Shown here in pieces: positions 28,717-39,703 of a stretch of 64,000 bases of DNA. The translations under genes were made by a program, and so were the position numbers. The DNA lies in contig OZ024741.1 in the NCBI GenBank assembly GCA_964016885.1, positions 81,716,001 through 81,780,000 on the forward strand, read 5' to 3'. Position 1 is the stretch's first letter; each line of letters opens with the position of its first letter. The notes under the pieces were generated by a model. It was not told where the DNA came from. It was given only the letters and a program-made list of their open reading frames with translations, and searched no databases. The DNA is from Eledone cirrhosa (lineage: Eukaryota).

Positions 28717-30496
28717 TTACCTCCCGGGTCTTGTGAAGGTCGGGTGGTTCGACCTCCATGGTGTGCTCATTTCAAAAATCTCCCCCTCTGTTTGAATGTC
28801 CTCGCTTCGCGCTAAGAGGGCCATCAGTTTATCGTTGGCTCTTCTGACAAGCACGAAGTTTTTAACATTTTGTTGGTGTGGTTTTATTTGTTTTCGTTTT
28901 GGTGAAGGTGGTGGCGATGGTTTTGGTGGTGTTGTTTCGGGTATGTCTATGTTTGTTGTAGGTGTGGTGTCTGCAATTTCAGGTATTTGTGTGTTTATTT
29001 GTACTTGTGTTTGTTTAGGTTGTTTGCGTTTCGGGGATTGTGGAGGTGGTGTCGATGTTGCTGATGGTGCTGATGTTATTGGGGAAGTGTCTGCGTTAGT
29101 GGTGTCTGTATTTTTTGTTGTGTGTGTTTTTGTGTTTTGTAGGGGCTTTTTTTTTTGTGTGAGTTTTCTCTGTTTTTTTGCACTTTTGGGTTTTCCTTCA
29201 TCTTCGCTGCTGGAAGACAAAGGGTCTGTGTCTGTGAGTGTCTCTGTGTCTGTGTGTGCGTTTATTTATTTTTGTCTATGTATATAGTTGGGGGGGGGGG
29301 GGGGGGTAGGAGGAGTGGGAGAGCTTTCCTCGTTTTCTCCTTGGATTGGTTTTGGGTGATCCGGCTGCTTTTGATGTTGGTGTCCGTGTTTTTGTTGATG
29401 TTGTTTTTGGTGGTGGTGGTGGTGCAGCTTTCCGTGCTGACACTGGCGTTGGCAACAACGGTTTGCGACCCCCTGCATTTTTGCGCTGAGGGCAGAAGGC
29501 TTGAAGATGCGTGGCTTCCTCGCAAACGAAGCAGCGTGGCCTTCTTCCGTCAATCATTAGTTGGATTGTTGTCCCGTCATGCAGGCGGGCAAAATCTGGG
29601 ATGTTATTTATATCCTCCGATTTCATTTGGAGAAGAATCTCCAAATCCATTCCGGACCAGTCTTCTCTCTCTGTCCTTTTGATGTCCAGGAGGGTGGTGT
29701 CTGTCCCCTCCTCGATTACGCATCCCAGCAGCCACCATATGTTCATTCCTGGTGGGATGCTGGGAATGCGTACCTTCACTGTCCTTTTACCCATATAGGA
29801 CGGATGCATGATAATGCGTTCCGTTCTGCAGGGGATCACCGAGTGCTTAATAGCGAGGGCCTCGGATTTGAACAGTACCGAGATGGTACCGAACTGTTTG
29901 CCTCTTGCTTTGTACTCTATGTTACTTCCGATGTACTCCAAAGCAGCCTCTACCTCTGCTTGGCTCGCAAGTTCCACTTTTCGTGTCTGCACCGAAATAC
30001 ATCGAAAGAGCACCGTCCTCCTTTGCATGGCCGCTATTGCCTCGTCCGGGATGGTCAGGTTTGCCCAGGACTTCTCCCGTTTAATTAGCCTCCACGCTTT
30101 GGCTAACTGTTCGTTTTTATCGCTAATATCAATATCGATATTCAATAAGCGCTTTGTTTTTGCTGCTGCTGCTGCTGCAGCAAATGTGGTGTTTCTGAGG
30201 CTCTTATTGTTGTTGTTGTCATTCTTGCTGTTGCCACCGCCATCCTTGTTTACATTGAAGCTGTCGGTGTTTTTGTCGTTATTGCTCTGAGTGGTGGTGG
30301 TGGCGGTGGTGGTGATGTCGTTTTCAGATGATACTGCTGCTATGCCAGAAGATTGTGATGGTAGCTTTTTAGTTTTGCCTTCACATTCAGTAGAGTGGAT
30401 GACAGGCATGACTGTAGCCGTCGTAGTCGTGGCAGTGGCTGCCTTTAAACTTTTGACCTGAACGTTGTTTACCGTTTCAAGGTCGAACATTTCCAT
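28717..30496 (-). pseudogene. Tx1-A ORF1 (gag-like, CCHC knuckle), probably frameshifted near a G-homopolymer
   Basis: 406-aa ORF with GRRPRCFVCEEATHLQAFC. A low-complexity Pro/Thr/Lys tail continues in 28717-29220. Confidence 0.8.
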
Positions 30497-30976
30497 AATT
30501 TTCTTTTGGTGGGGGAGCGATTTTTTTTCGAAGATTTTAAAAATAAATCTGAATATTCGGGCTTAAAGCCCGAATATTGAGAGGTATCCCTCTCTTTAAA
30601 TCAAGATGTGTACCTTAAGTTTCGTTAATGACAAGAAAATACAAAAAAAAGACACTTTAAAACAGCTTAAAGCTACGAACCGTTTCCCCCGCAGACTTGT
30701 CTGTCTTCACACATGTGCGGCCATATAAATAATAATAATAATAATGTTTTCTTTATTAACCACAAAGGTTCACATAAAGTAGACATTAAGGACAGTACAG
30801 GACAATACAGGACGGTACCTGCGTGTAAAAAAACAGAGGTTGAAATAAAATAACAAAGAAAAATTCCCCAATAGGGGGGAGACTTCCAAGGGACATTTGT
30901 GGAGAAAGCCCATTAAAAGACCACAGTGGCCCTGACCACCAGGGCAAGTGCCCTCTCCCAGTTTTCCACCTTTAAT

Positions 30977-33900
30977 TTACAGACACATACTCAGAGAAAG
31001 CCCATTCATTCGGGCCATACTTGCTTCTCTCACCCATCTTTCAACAAAATGCTGGGAAGAGAGCACTTCCCTCTCTACCCTGATTTTCCTTTTCAAATGA
31101 AATTTGAAAAAGTTAATCAGGGCATCACCGAAGAGGTAAGTGCTCGTCTTCAGCCCTTTCAAACGTGTCCACCATACTATCTCTTTCGCCATGGCCACCA
31201 GACAGATAAAAACTGCCTGCCATTCCAGGCTAAAGGAAGGGGGCGGGGCAATCCTCACGATGGACTCAGCTGATAGCTGGATCCGTCCTACACGTGACAG
31301 CAGGTGTTCGACATAAACCCACAAGTCAGCAATGCTCGGACACTGGACGAGTGCGTGCAGGACGGTTTCGTCGCCCTGCGCGCATCTCGGACATGCCCGG
31401 CTGACGGCACCTCCATGCCTGTAGAGTTTATCCCGAACTGGCAAAGCTCCTCGGTAGCACTGCCAGGCCAGGGATTTCTGGAAGTTGTCCATAGGCCCCG
31501 GCCCGAAAGTCCTTCCGAAGAGATTGGCTAGTTGATTTTCGTCGACGCCTAGAGTTTCTCCAAGTACGTCGTCGCTCTTCCCCTCCACTAATCCCCTATA
31601 GAACGCCAAGGTGGAGTTTCCACCGATCACATTGCCCAATTGGTCGAGGGCTATGAGCGCCTGAAGACATTCCAGTCTCCAAGTGCTCCCTCTCGGTCTT
31701 CGCTTGACCCAGGACTGCAGCTCCGTCAAGGAGACGAGCTGGGGAAAAACGTGTCTTGCAAACGGCGACCACACCTGATCACCGTCGAGGAAGAGGTGGA
31801 GATGTCGTAGCCTGAGCGCGTGTCTGCGCATCATCAGCCACGGCATGCCCAGCCCTCCACGTAGCGGGTGTTGACAGCAGATGGACCGCCTGACCATCGG
31901 AGCGCGTCCCTTCCACAAAAAGCGAAAGAGCCAACGCTCCAGCGCAGTCAGGCGGGGCTTAGGACAAGGTACGACGGTCAGGCGGTAGTAGATAACGGAC
32001 GCGATGTATGCATTCGCCACCTCCGCTCGACCTTTCAGGGATAGCTTCCTCTCGGCCCATTTCTGGGTGAGAGAAGCCACCCAGAAATTGAACGGTTCCG
32101 AAAGGTGACCGTTCACTCTCACTACAGAGCAGATGTCGCTGTGCATGGCAGTGATCCAGCCTCTGAAGACGGGCCCAAAGCCAGCCGCCCTCAGGACTGC
32201 CGTTAGGTAACGATGGTAGACCCTATCGAAGGCTTTCGACTGATCTAAATTGATCAAAGACCCACCCGTGCCAGGTTCCCTAGCTACCCTCTCTACGATG
32301 TATCGCATGAGGTGGAGGTTGTCGTGGATGGATCTGTCGGGAATGGCGCATGTCTGTGCCTCTCCCACCAGACCACCAACGACAAGCGCCAACCTCTTTG
32401 CTAGCACCTTGGCCAAAATCTTGAACTCTGTGTTTAGCAGAGTTATGGGCCTAAAATTATCTATGTTATCCCCCTTGTTCGGATCCTTTCTCAGCAGCGT
32501 CACCGCTCCTCGGCTCACAGAGCTGGGAATTCTCCCGTTCTGTTGCCAGTTGCAGTAGACGTCCGCCAAGAGGCCTCCGAACAAGTTTGGCATTTGTACG
32601 TAAAGTTCATAGGGCAGACCATCCAAACCAGGCGATTTACCCATTGTGCAACTAGTCATTGCATCCCGTACTTCAGCGGTTGTTATCGGCTTTTCGCAAC
32701 ACTCCACCTCAGTGGCCGAAAGCCGCGGCAGTCCGTCGAGGTAGACACTAAAGTCCATCCCTCGATCCGGCCCGCCACTGCCCCCGAACAGTTGAGCGAA
32801 GTGTCGCTGAAAAGCTTCACACATTTGCCCGGGATCGAGTAGCATGCGCCCGTCGTGGTCCACCAAAGACCGGATCGTGGCTTTGTTGCCACGACGCGCC
32901 TCCGCCACTCGGGCCCATTGAACGGCTTTCGTCCCCTCGTGTCTGAGAGCACGCACCCTAGCTCTGACAACGCAGCCTTCGTGCTTTGCATTGAAGAATT
33001 GGTCAAGGGCCAATTTCGCCGCAAGTACGTCGGTCGCGATGCCTTTGCTAAGCGCCTCATCTAATTTTCTAACTAATTCTCCCTCTGCTCTATTTTTCTC
33101 TATTGCTAAAGTCTTACTAAACCTAATGGACTCTATTCTAATTGCTCTTTTCAGAGCAAACCACCACTTGTTGTTGATGATGGCCCCCGTCAACGCCCGC
33201 TTAACTAGTTCGCTAATCCGGTCTCTGTAGGCCTTGCGCGCTGGTAAGGACGCGTTTAGCTTCCAGTAGCCGGGTCCTCGTCTATGAAGCCTATCTAAGT
33301 CAAGCACACAGATCACGAATTTGTGGTCCGTGTAGCTGACTATCTTGAATTGTGGACAGCCTATGCTAGACCTATCTATTTCCCTACAAAATACTCTATC
33401 TAGATATGATCTGGATGACCCTATGCGATTTGTCCAAGTCCACATTGGTACATTCGGGAAATCCATTCGGTACCTGTCAGACAGTTCAAAACGTCTGAGC
33501 AGGTTGGTGAGACTCTTGCACCCTCCTTCCCTATCCACTAATCCCACACAATCCCAGCGTGCATCTAAGATCCCGTTCCAGTCGCCCACTAACACTAAAG
33601 AGCGGGACGTTCCAAGAAAGGTCTCCAGACGCCGGAAGAAATCAGGCCGCCCTGCTCCTGTCGGGGCATAGACGGCCACTAACCTGAAAGCTTGCCCGTC
33701 TCCGCTGGTCACGTCCAGCACCACCAACTTACCTTCTGGGTCCAGGAAGATGGCCCGTATGGCAAGATCCAAACCTCTCCGAAAAAGCACAGCAACTCCT
33801 CCCCCCGATCCCGGACGGCTGGGAGATGCGTACACATCGTAGCCGCCGAAGATCGGTGCGAAAGCCTGTGCTTCGGAGATTCTGGTCTCGCTGATGGCCA

Positions 33901-34003
33901 CTACATCTATGTTTAGTGACCTGAGGTCGTTGAGCAGGTGGCCCTGCTTCCATGACGACCCCAAGCCACGCGCATTTATGCTGCCTATTCTGAGTGAGAT
34001 CAT
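30977..34003 (-). CDS. Tx1-B ORF2 (1008 aa open frame) with an in-frame deletion of the RT catalytic core
   Basis: APE and N-terminal RT motifs are present. VNGHLSEPFNF joins directly to WVASLTQKW, so RQGCPLS and YADD are absent. Confidence 0.85.
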   Translation of the reverse strand: MISLRIGSINARGLGSSWKQGHLLNDLRSLNIDVVAISETRISEAQAFAPIFGGYDVYASPSRPGSGGGVAVLFRRGLDLAIRAIFLDPEGKLVVLDVTSGDGQAFRLVAVYAPTGAGRPDFFRRLETFLGTSRSLVLVGDWNGILDARWDCVGLVDREGGCKSLTNLLRRFELSDRYRMDFPNVPMWTWTNRIGSSRSYLDRVFCREIDRSSIGCPQFKIVSYTDHKFVICVLDLDRLHRRGPGYWKLNASLPARKAYRDRISELVKRALTGAIINNKWWFALKRAIRIESIRFSKTLAIEKNRAEGELVRKLDEALSKGIATDVLAAKLALDQFFNAKHEGCVVRARVRALRHEGTKAVQWARVAEARRGNKATIRSLVDHDGRMLLDPGQMCEAFQRHFAQLFGGSGGPDRGMDFSVYLDGLPRLSATEVECCEKPITTAEVRDAMTSCTMGKSPGLDGLPYELYVQMPNLFGGLLADVYCNWQQNGRIPSSVSRGAVTLLRKDPNKGDNIDNFRPITLLNTEFKILAKVLAKRLALVVGGLVGEAQTCAIPDRSIHDNLHLMRYIVERVAREPGTGGSLINLDQSKAFDRVYHRYLTAVLRAAGFGPVFRGWITAMHSDICSVVRVNGHLSEPFNFWVASLTQKWAERKLSLKGRAEVANAYIASVIYYRLTVVPCPKPRLTALERWLFRFLWKGRAPMVRRSICCQHPLRGGLGMPWLMMRRHALRLRHLHLFLDGDQVWSPFARHVFPQLVSLTELQSWVKRRPRGSTWRLECLQALIALDQLGNVIGGNSTLAFYRGLVEGKSDDVLGETLGVDENQLANLFGRTFGPGPMDNFQKSLAWQCYRGALPVRDKLYRHGGAVSRACPRCAQGDETVLHALVQCPSIADLWVYVEHLLSRVGRIQLSAESIVRIAPPPSFSLEWQAVFICLVAMAKEIVWWTRLKGLKTSTYLFGDALINFFKFHLKRKIRVEREVLSSQHFVERWVREASMARMNGLSLSMCL

Positions 34004-34037
34004 GTTGAAAAGGAGTGGAAAAGATGGGAAAGACCAC

Positions 34038-35976
34038 TTACCTTACTTCTCGTAGGGGAAGGACGGTTTTTCCATCCTTTTCACTGCTTGTGGCCTCCTC
34101 AGGAAGGATGTCCTTATAAATCCTCCTGGAGTGTGCTTGTCGGAAGTCTCCGATGTCTTTGGGGAATTTTTGTTTTAGTGTCATGTACGTTTTCTGTGTG
34201 ATGCGAGTGATTTGTATGTGTGGAGGTGGTGTGAATTTTGGTGTTGTTGTGTAGTCTTTTTCTGTGATGCTGGTGTTGTGTTGGATGTAGTGTAATAATT
34301 GCTTGTTGTTCAAATTTAATGCTGTGTAGTGTGTATCGTTTTGGTTGTTTTGTTTTGTTTGCGTTTGTTGTGGGTTTGTTTCTGTTTCGCATTTTGGTGA
34401 CTTTTGTGGTGTAGGTGATGGTGGTGTTGGGGTTAATGATGGTGATGGTGTTGGTGTTTGGGTTGATGGGGTTGGTGATGCTGGTGTGGATGGTGGCATA
34501 TCTGTCCTAACTTTTTTGTTTCTTAATTTATTTGTTTCCCTCTGTATTTTGTTTTTGGAGGGGGAAGGAAGAGAATTTTTTCTTTTTTGGTTTCTTTTTT
34601 TTTTCCGGATATCGTTTCCCACTCCTCGTCGTCAAAATCTGTCTCCAGTTGTGATAGGCCGGGGAGTGGAAAATCTTCCACAGCCGTTAGTTTTGGTTGT
34701 GGCGTGGTGGATGGTGTAGGCGCTGGTGCTAGTTCTGAAGCGTTGGGTGGTGGTGGTGTTGGTTTTGCTACTGTTGCTGGGGTTGTTGCTGTTATAGAGG
34801 CTTCTGTTGTTGCTGCTACAGTTGTTGCTGCCATCTCTGCTACTGGTGGTGTTGATGGTTGTGTCACTGGGGTGGGTAGGAGAGGTGGCCTCAACCTTTT
34901 AGCCTGAGGGCAGAAAGCCCTTAGGTGGGTTCCTTCACCACAAACGACACACCTAGGTCTTCTGCCCTCGACAATTACCGTGAGGTGGCTGCCGTCAGTG
35001 CGGTCTATTACCTCTGGGATCTCCTCAATGCTTTTTTGGTCCGCTTGGATCAGGAGCTCCATCCCAGATCCGGACCAGATCTCCTGCTTTTCTTTTGCTA
35101 TTGCTATTATTTTCGTGTTGGCTTCGATGCCGGCGAGGACAGCCGCTATTAGCCAGGGAATTTCGATGGCCGGTGGAACGTGGGTCACCCTGATCTTTAC
35201 GAGTCTCTGGCCACAATAGCTTGGGACGAGTGTGAAGTCGTCACTTCTCAATGGGGCCATGGAGTGTTCTCTAGCCTCCTCTGGTGTTTCAAAGAACACG
35301 TCCACGGTTCCATACTATTGCCCACGTCTGATGTGGGTTTTTCTTGCCCACACATGTCCCAAAGCTTTTTGGATTTGGGACTCGGATGCCCGTTCCACTC
35401 GGCGCGATTTTACATTTATTGTTCTATACGACACGGTGCATAGGCGCCGATGATCCATTTTATTAGGTGGGGGGTGAGGCTGACCCTGTACCCATCTTTC
35501 TTTACCATTTGTTTGGCATTTTCTAAATCCTCCTGAGTTACCGTAAATGCTTCGAACTGTTTTGCTACTCTGGCGAAACTGAGGGTCGGTTTTATAATGT
35601 CATTGTTGTTGTTGTTGCTATCGTTAATATTAATTTTAGTTTCAGTTGTGGTGGTGGTGACGTCAGTCGTCTTTGGTGGGGAAGAGTCCATTTTGCTTGA
35701 TTTCATTTCGACATCACGAGTTAATTTATTTTTTTCTTCTTTTGTTTCTGTTGTCGCGGTGGTGGTGGTGGTGGAGGCTTTAACACCTGCAGTCATTGGT
35801 AATGGCGGGAAATGAATGTCTGCCTGAGACAAATTTAAAATATTGCTAGTGCTTATATTTTTTTTTGTGTTGGCAAACGTAGTAACATTTACAATGGTGG
35901 TGTCGGTGTGAGGTGTTAATTTGTGAGGAAGGCTTTCAGCTGTTTCGTGCAGAGGTGAATTAGCCATTTCTTTCAA
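34038..35976 (-). pseudogene. Tx1-B ORF1, frameshifted
   Basis: Pieces 35416-35976, 34523-35305 (GRRPRCVVCGEGTHLRAFC) and 34038-34622. Confidence 0.8.
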
Positions 35977-36175
35977 AGAAATTTTTTTGATAATAATAAA
36001 AGTTTAAATTTTGGGCACAAGGCCCCAATCTTTTTGGGTGTCCTTTTCGGAAAACAATGTATGTGCGCTTATAAACAGTTAACAATAAAATTTTCCATAA
36101 ATGACAATTTTTAACAAACGGAAATAACAAACCTTTGCGGAGCTCACGATGATACGATTTCCTACGTAGGTCGCC

Positions 36176-36245
<70 letters not shown>
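36176..36245. repeat. (AAT)n microsatellite between inserted elements
   Basis: Direct reading. Other remnants at 24948-24983, 30728-30744, 37080-37140, 39685-39703 and 44751-44810. Confidence 0.97.
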
Positions 36246-37078
36246 GTACCTTCATAGTACCTTCTTTGAGAAAACTGAATTTAGAGATCCACAGACATGG
36301 AACTGGTTGAGAAGAGGAGACCTCAAAAAGGCTACAGAAGGAATGATAATGGCTGCGCAGGAGCAGGCCCTCAAAACGAAGTGGTTGAAGCACCGTATTT
36401 ACAAGGAGGAGGCTAGCCCACTGTGCAGGATCTGTGGAGAGAGAGAGGAGACTGTGGCTCACATTGTGTCCGAGTGTAAACACCTAGCCCAGACCCACTA
36501 TAAGGGCTAGAGACACGATGTGATGGGCAGGGTGATCCACTGGCACCTGTGCAAAGTAAACAATTTACCACATTCTGAGAAATGGTAAGAGCATAGGCCG
36601 GAGGCGGTGATGGAGAACAATCAGGTGAAGGTGCTGTGGGATTTTAGGATACAGACGGACAAAAAACTGGAACACAATAGACCTGACCTGGTGGTTGTGG
36701 ACAAAGAAAAAAGATCGTGTCTGATTGTGGATGTGGCCTGCCCGTTCGACACGAGAGTGCAAGAGAAGGAGAGGGAGAAAATTAACCGATACCAGGACCT
36801 AAAGTGGGAGGTGAAAAGGATTTGGAACTGCCATGAAGTCAAAGTGATCCCGATTGTCATAGGCGCACTGGGGACTATCTCAAAAGGTTTCCAGGGATGG
36901 TTAAAGAAAATCGGCCCCTTCACGCTTTTTGGAACGCTTCAAAAGGCATGCTTGCTTGGAACAGCAAGAACCCTCCGATACGTCCTGAATATCTGAGGCT
37001 GCAGGTAGTGGCTTGATATTCATTCCAACGGACTTTCTAGTTAACCAACATCAATGACTGAGATTCAAGGAATAACAA
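36246..37078 (+). mobile_element. R4/Dong-type RLE retrotransposon, 5'-truncated copy 1 (stops)
   Basis: CRICGEREETVAHIVSEC, RPDLVVVD...IVDVACP...EKINRYQDL (PD-(D/E)xK), followed by an (AAT)n tail. Confidence 0.9.
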
Positions 37079-37079
37079 C

Positions 37080-37140
<61 letters not shown>

Positions 37141-38636
37141 TTAAGTGAGAAGGAGTTGGATGTGCTTGTTGACACTGTCCGTATTTTCAGCAGTGATATA
37201 TGTATGCAGTTTGGTATTGGTAAATGTGGAGTCATTGTGATGAGGAGGGGTAGGTTGAGCAGAAGTAACGGGATCCAGATACCAACAGGTGAGATGATAA
37301 AGGAAATTGACTCTGAGGAAGGATACAAGTATTTGGGCGTTCTGGAGGCTGATGGCATAAAGAACAAAAAAATGAAGGAATTGTTAAGAACTGAATACAT
37401 TCGGAGAGTAAGGAGCGTATTGAAGTCACATCTGAACAGCAGAAATGCCATAAGCGCAGTAAATTCCCGAGCTGTGTCTATTATTAGGTACAGTGCGGGA
37501 ATTCTGAGATGGAATGTTGCTGAACAAAAAGAAATGGATAGGAAGACTAGGAAGCTATTGACTATCTACAACATGTTCCACAAGAGGAGTGATGTCGATA
37601 GACTCTACCTAAGGAGATCTGAGGGTGGAAGAGGTCTTATCAGCATAGAGGACTGTGTTCAGATGGAGAAAAACAACCTATACAAATACGTGACCTATAG
37701 TAAGGAGCCAATGCTCAGAGCTGTACTGAAGGAGGGGACAGTAGGCCAGGGGATACCCAAGGAGGAAATAACATCAAGGAGGAAGAGCAGCCTTAAGGGA
37801 AAATCCCTTCATAGTACCTTCTTTGAGAAAACTGAATTTAGAGATCCACAGACATGGAACTGGTTGAGAAGAGGAGACCTCAAAAAGGCTACAGAAGGAA
37901 TGCTAATGGCTGCGCAGGAGCAGGCCCTCAAAACGAAGTGGTTGAAGCACCATATCTACAAGGAGGAGGCTAGCCCACTGTGCAGGATCTGTGGAGAGAG
38001 AGAGGAGACTGTGGCTCACATTGTGTCCGAGTGTAAACACCTAGCCCAGACCCACTATAAGGGCTGGAGACACGATGTGATGGGCAGGGTGATCCACTGG
38101 CACCTGTGCAAAGTAAACAATCTACCACATTCTGAGAAATGGTATGAGCATAGGCCAGAGGCGGTGATGGAGAACAATCAGGTGAAGGTGCTGTGGGATT
38201 TTAGGATACAGACGGACAAAAAACTGGAACACAATAGACCTGACCTGGTGGTTGTGGACAAAGAAAAAAGATCGTGCCTGATTGTGGATGTGGCCTGCCC
38301 GTTCGACACGAGAGTGCAAGAGAAGGAGAGGGAGAAAATTAACCGATACCAGGACCTAAAGTGGGAGGTGAAAAGGATTTGGAACTGCCATGAAGTCAAA
38401 GTGATCCCGATTGTCATAGGCGCACTGGGGACTATCTCCAAAGGTTTCCAGGGATGGTTAAAGAAAATCGGCCCCTTCACGCTTTTTGGAACGCTTCAAA
38501 AGGCATGCTTGCTTGGAACGGCAAGAACCCTCCGATACGTCCTGAATATCTGAGGCTGCAGGTAGTGGCTTGATATTCAATCCAACGGACTTTCCAGTTA
38601 ACCAACATCAATGACTGAGATTCAAGGAATAACAAT
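37141..38636 (+). mobile_element. R4/Dong-type RLE retrotransposon, 5'-truncated copy 2 (open frame to 38553)
   Basis: Late RT (MQFGIGKC, YKYLGV), RLYLRRSEGGRGL, CCHC knuckle, RHD and RLE motifs. Confidence 0.92.
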
Positions 38637-38657
38637 AACAATAATATTAATAATAAT

Positions 38658-39680
38658 AAGGAGATCTGAGGGTGGAAGAGGTCTTATCAGCATAGAGGAC
38701 TGTGTTCAGATGGAGAAAAAGAACCTACACAAATACGTGACTGATAGTAAGGAGCCAATGCTCAGAGCTGTACTGAAGGAGAGGACAATAGGCCAGGGGA
38801 TGTCCAAGGAGGAAATAACATCAAGGAGAAAGAGCAGCCTTCAGGAAAAATCCCTTCATAGTACCTTCTTTGAGAAAACTGAATTTAGAGATCCACAAAC
38901 ATGGAACTGGTTGAAAAGAGGAGACCTTAAAAAGGCTACAGAAGGAATGTTAATGGCTGCGCAGGAGCAGGCCCTCAAAACGAAGTGGTTGAAACACCAC
39001 ATTTACAAGGAGGAGGCTAGCCCACTGTGCAGGATCTGTGGAGAGAGAGAGGACACTGTGGCTCACATTGTATCTGAGTGTAAACACCTAGCCCAGACTC
39101 ACTATAAGGGCTGGAGACATGATATGATGGGCAGGGTGATCCACTGGCACCTGTGCAAAGTAAACAATTTACCACATTCTGAGAAGTGGTATGAGCATAG
39201 GCCAGAGGCGGTGATAGAAAACGATCAGGTGAAGGTGCTGTGGGATTTTAGGATACAGACGGACAAGAAAATGGAACACAATAGACCTCATCTGGTGGTT
39301 TTGGACAAATAAAAAAGATCGTGCCTGATTGTGGATGTGGCCTGCCCATTCGACACGAGAGTGCAAGAGAAGGAGAGGGAGAAAATTAACCGATACCAGG
39401 ACTTAAAGTGGGAGGTAAAAAGAATTTGGAACTGCCATGAAGTCAAAGTGGTCCCGATTGTCATAGGTGCACTAGGGACTATCTCAAAAAGTTTCCAGGG
39501 ATGGTTAAAGAAAATTGGCCCCTTCACGCTTTTTGGAACGCTTCAAAAGGCATGCTTGCTGGGAACAGCAAGAACCCTCCGATACGTCCTGAATATCTGA
39601 GGCTGCAGGTAGTGGCTTGATATTCATCTCAACAAACATTCCAGTTAACTAACATCAATGACTGAGACTCAAAGAGTAAT
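38658..39680 (+). mobile_element. R4/Dong-type RLE retrotransposon, 5'-truncated copy 3 (more diverged)
   Basis: Collinear with copy 2 from RRSEGGRGL onward. Premature stop at about 39310. Confidence 0.9.
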
Positions 39681-39703
39681 AACAATAATAATAATAATAA
39701 TAA

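Larger units (their letters stand above)
24984..30727 (-). mobile_element. L1/Tx1-clade non-LTR retrotransposon, copy A, apparently full length, flanked by (AAT)n
   Basis: Has ORF1 and an APE-RT ORF2. The 3' end CCTTGTGGCCAATAAATGAAATC runs into (ATT)n, and the 5' end abuts AAT repeats. Confidence 0.92.
30745..36175 (-). mobile_element. L1/Tx1-clade element, copy B, intact 5' end, flanked by (AAT)n
   Basis: The 5' start GGCGACCTACGTAG coincides with that of copy C. The 3' end runs into (ATT)n. Confidence 0.92.

Noticed and set aside
37054-37140. Poly-Ile N-terminus (signal or TM segment) on the 499-aa ORF
   Set aside because: It is produced by the previous copy's 3' UTR and the (AAT)n tract in frame with a truncated element.
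36246-39680. Dong-like copies as a segmental tandem duplication
   Set aside because: The three copies have different 5' truncation points and different divergence, which fits independent insertions.
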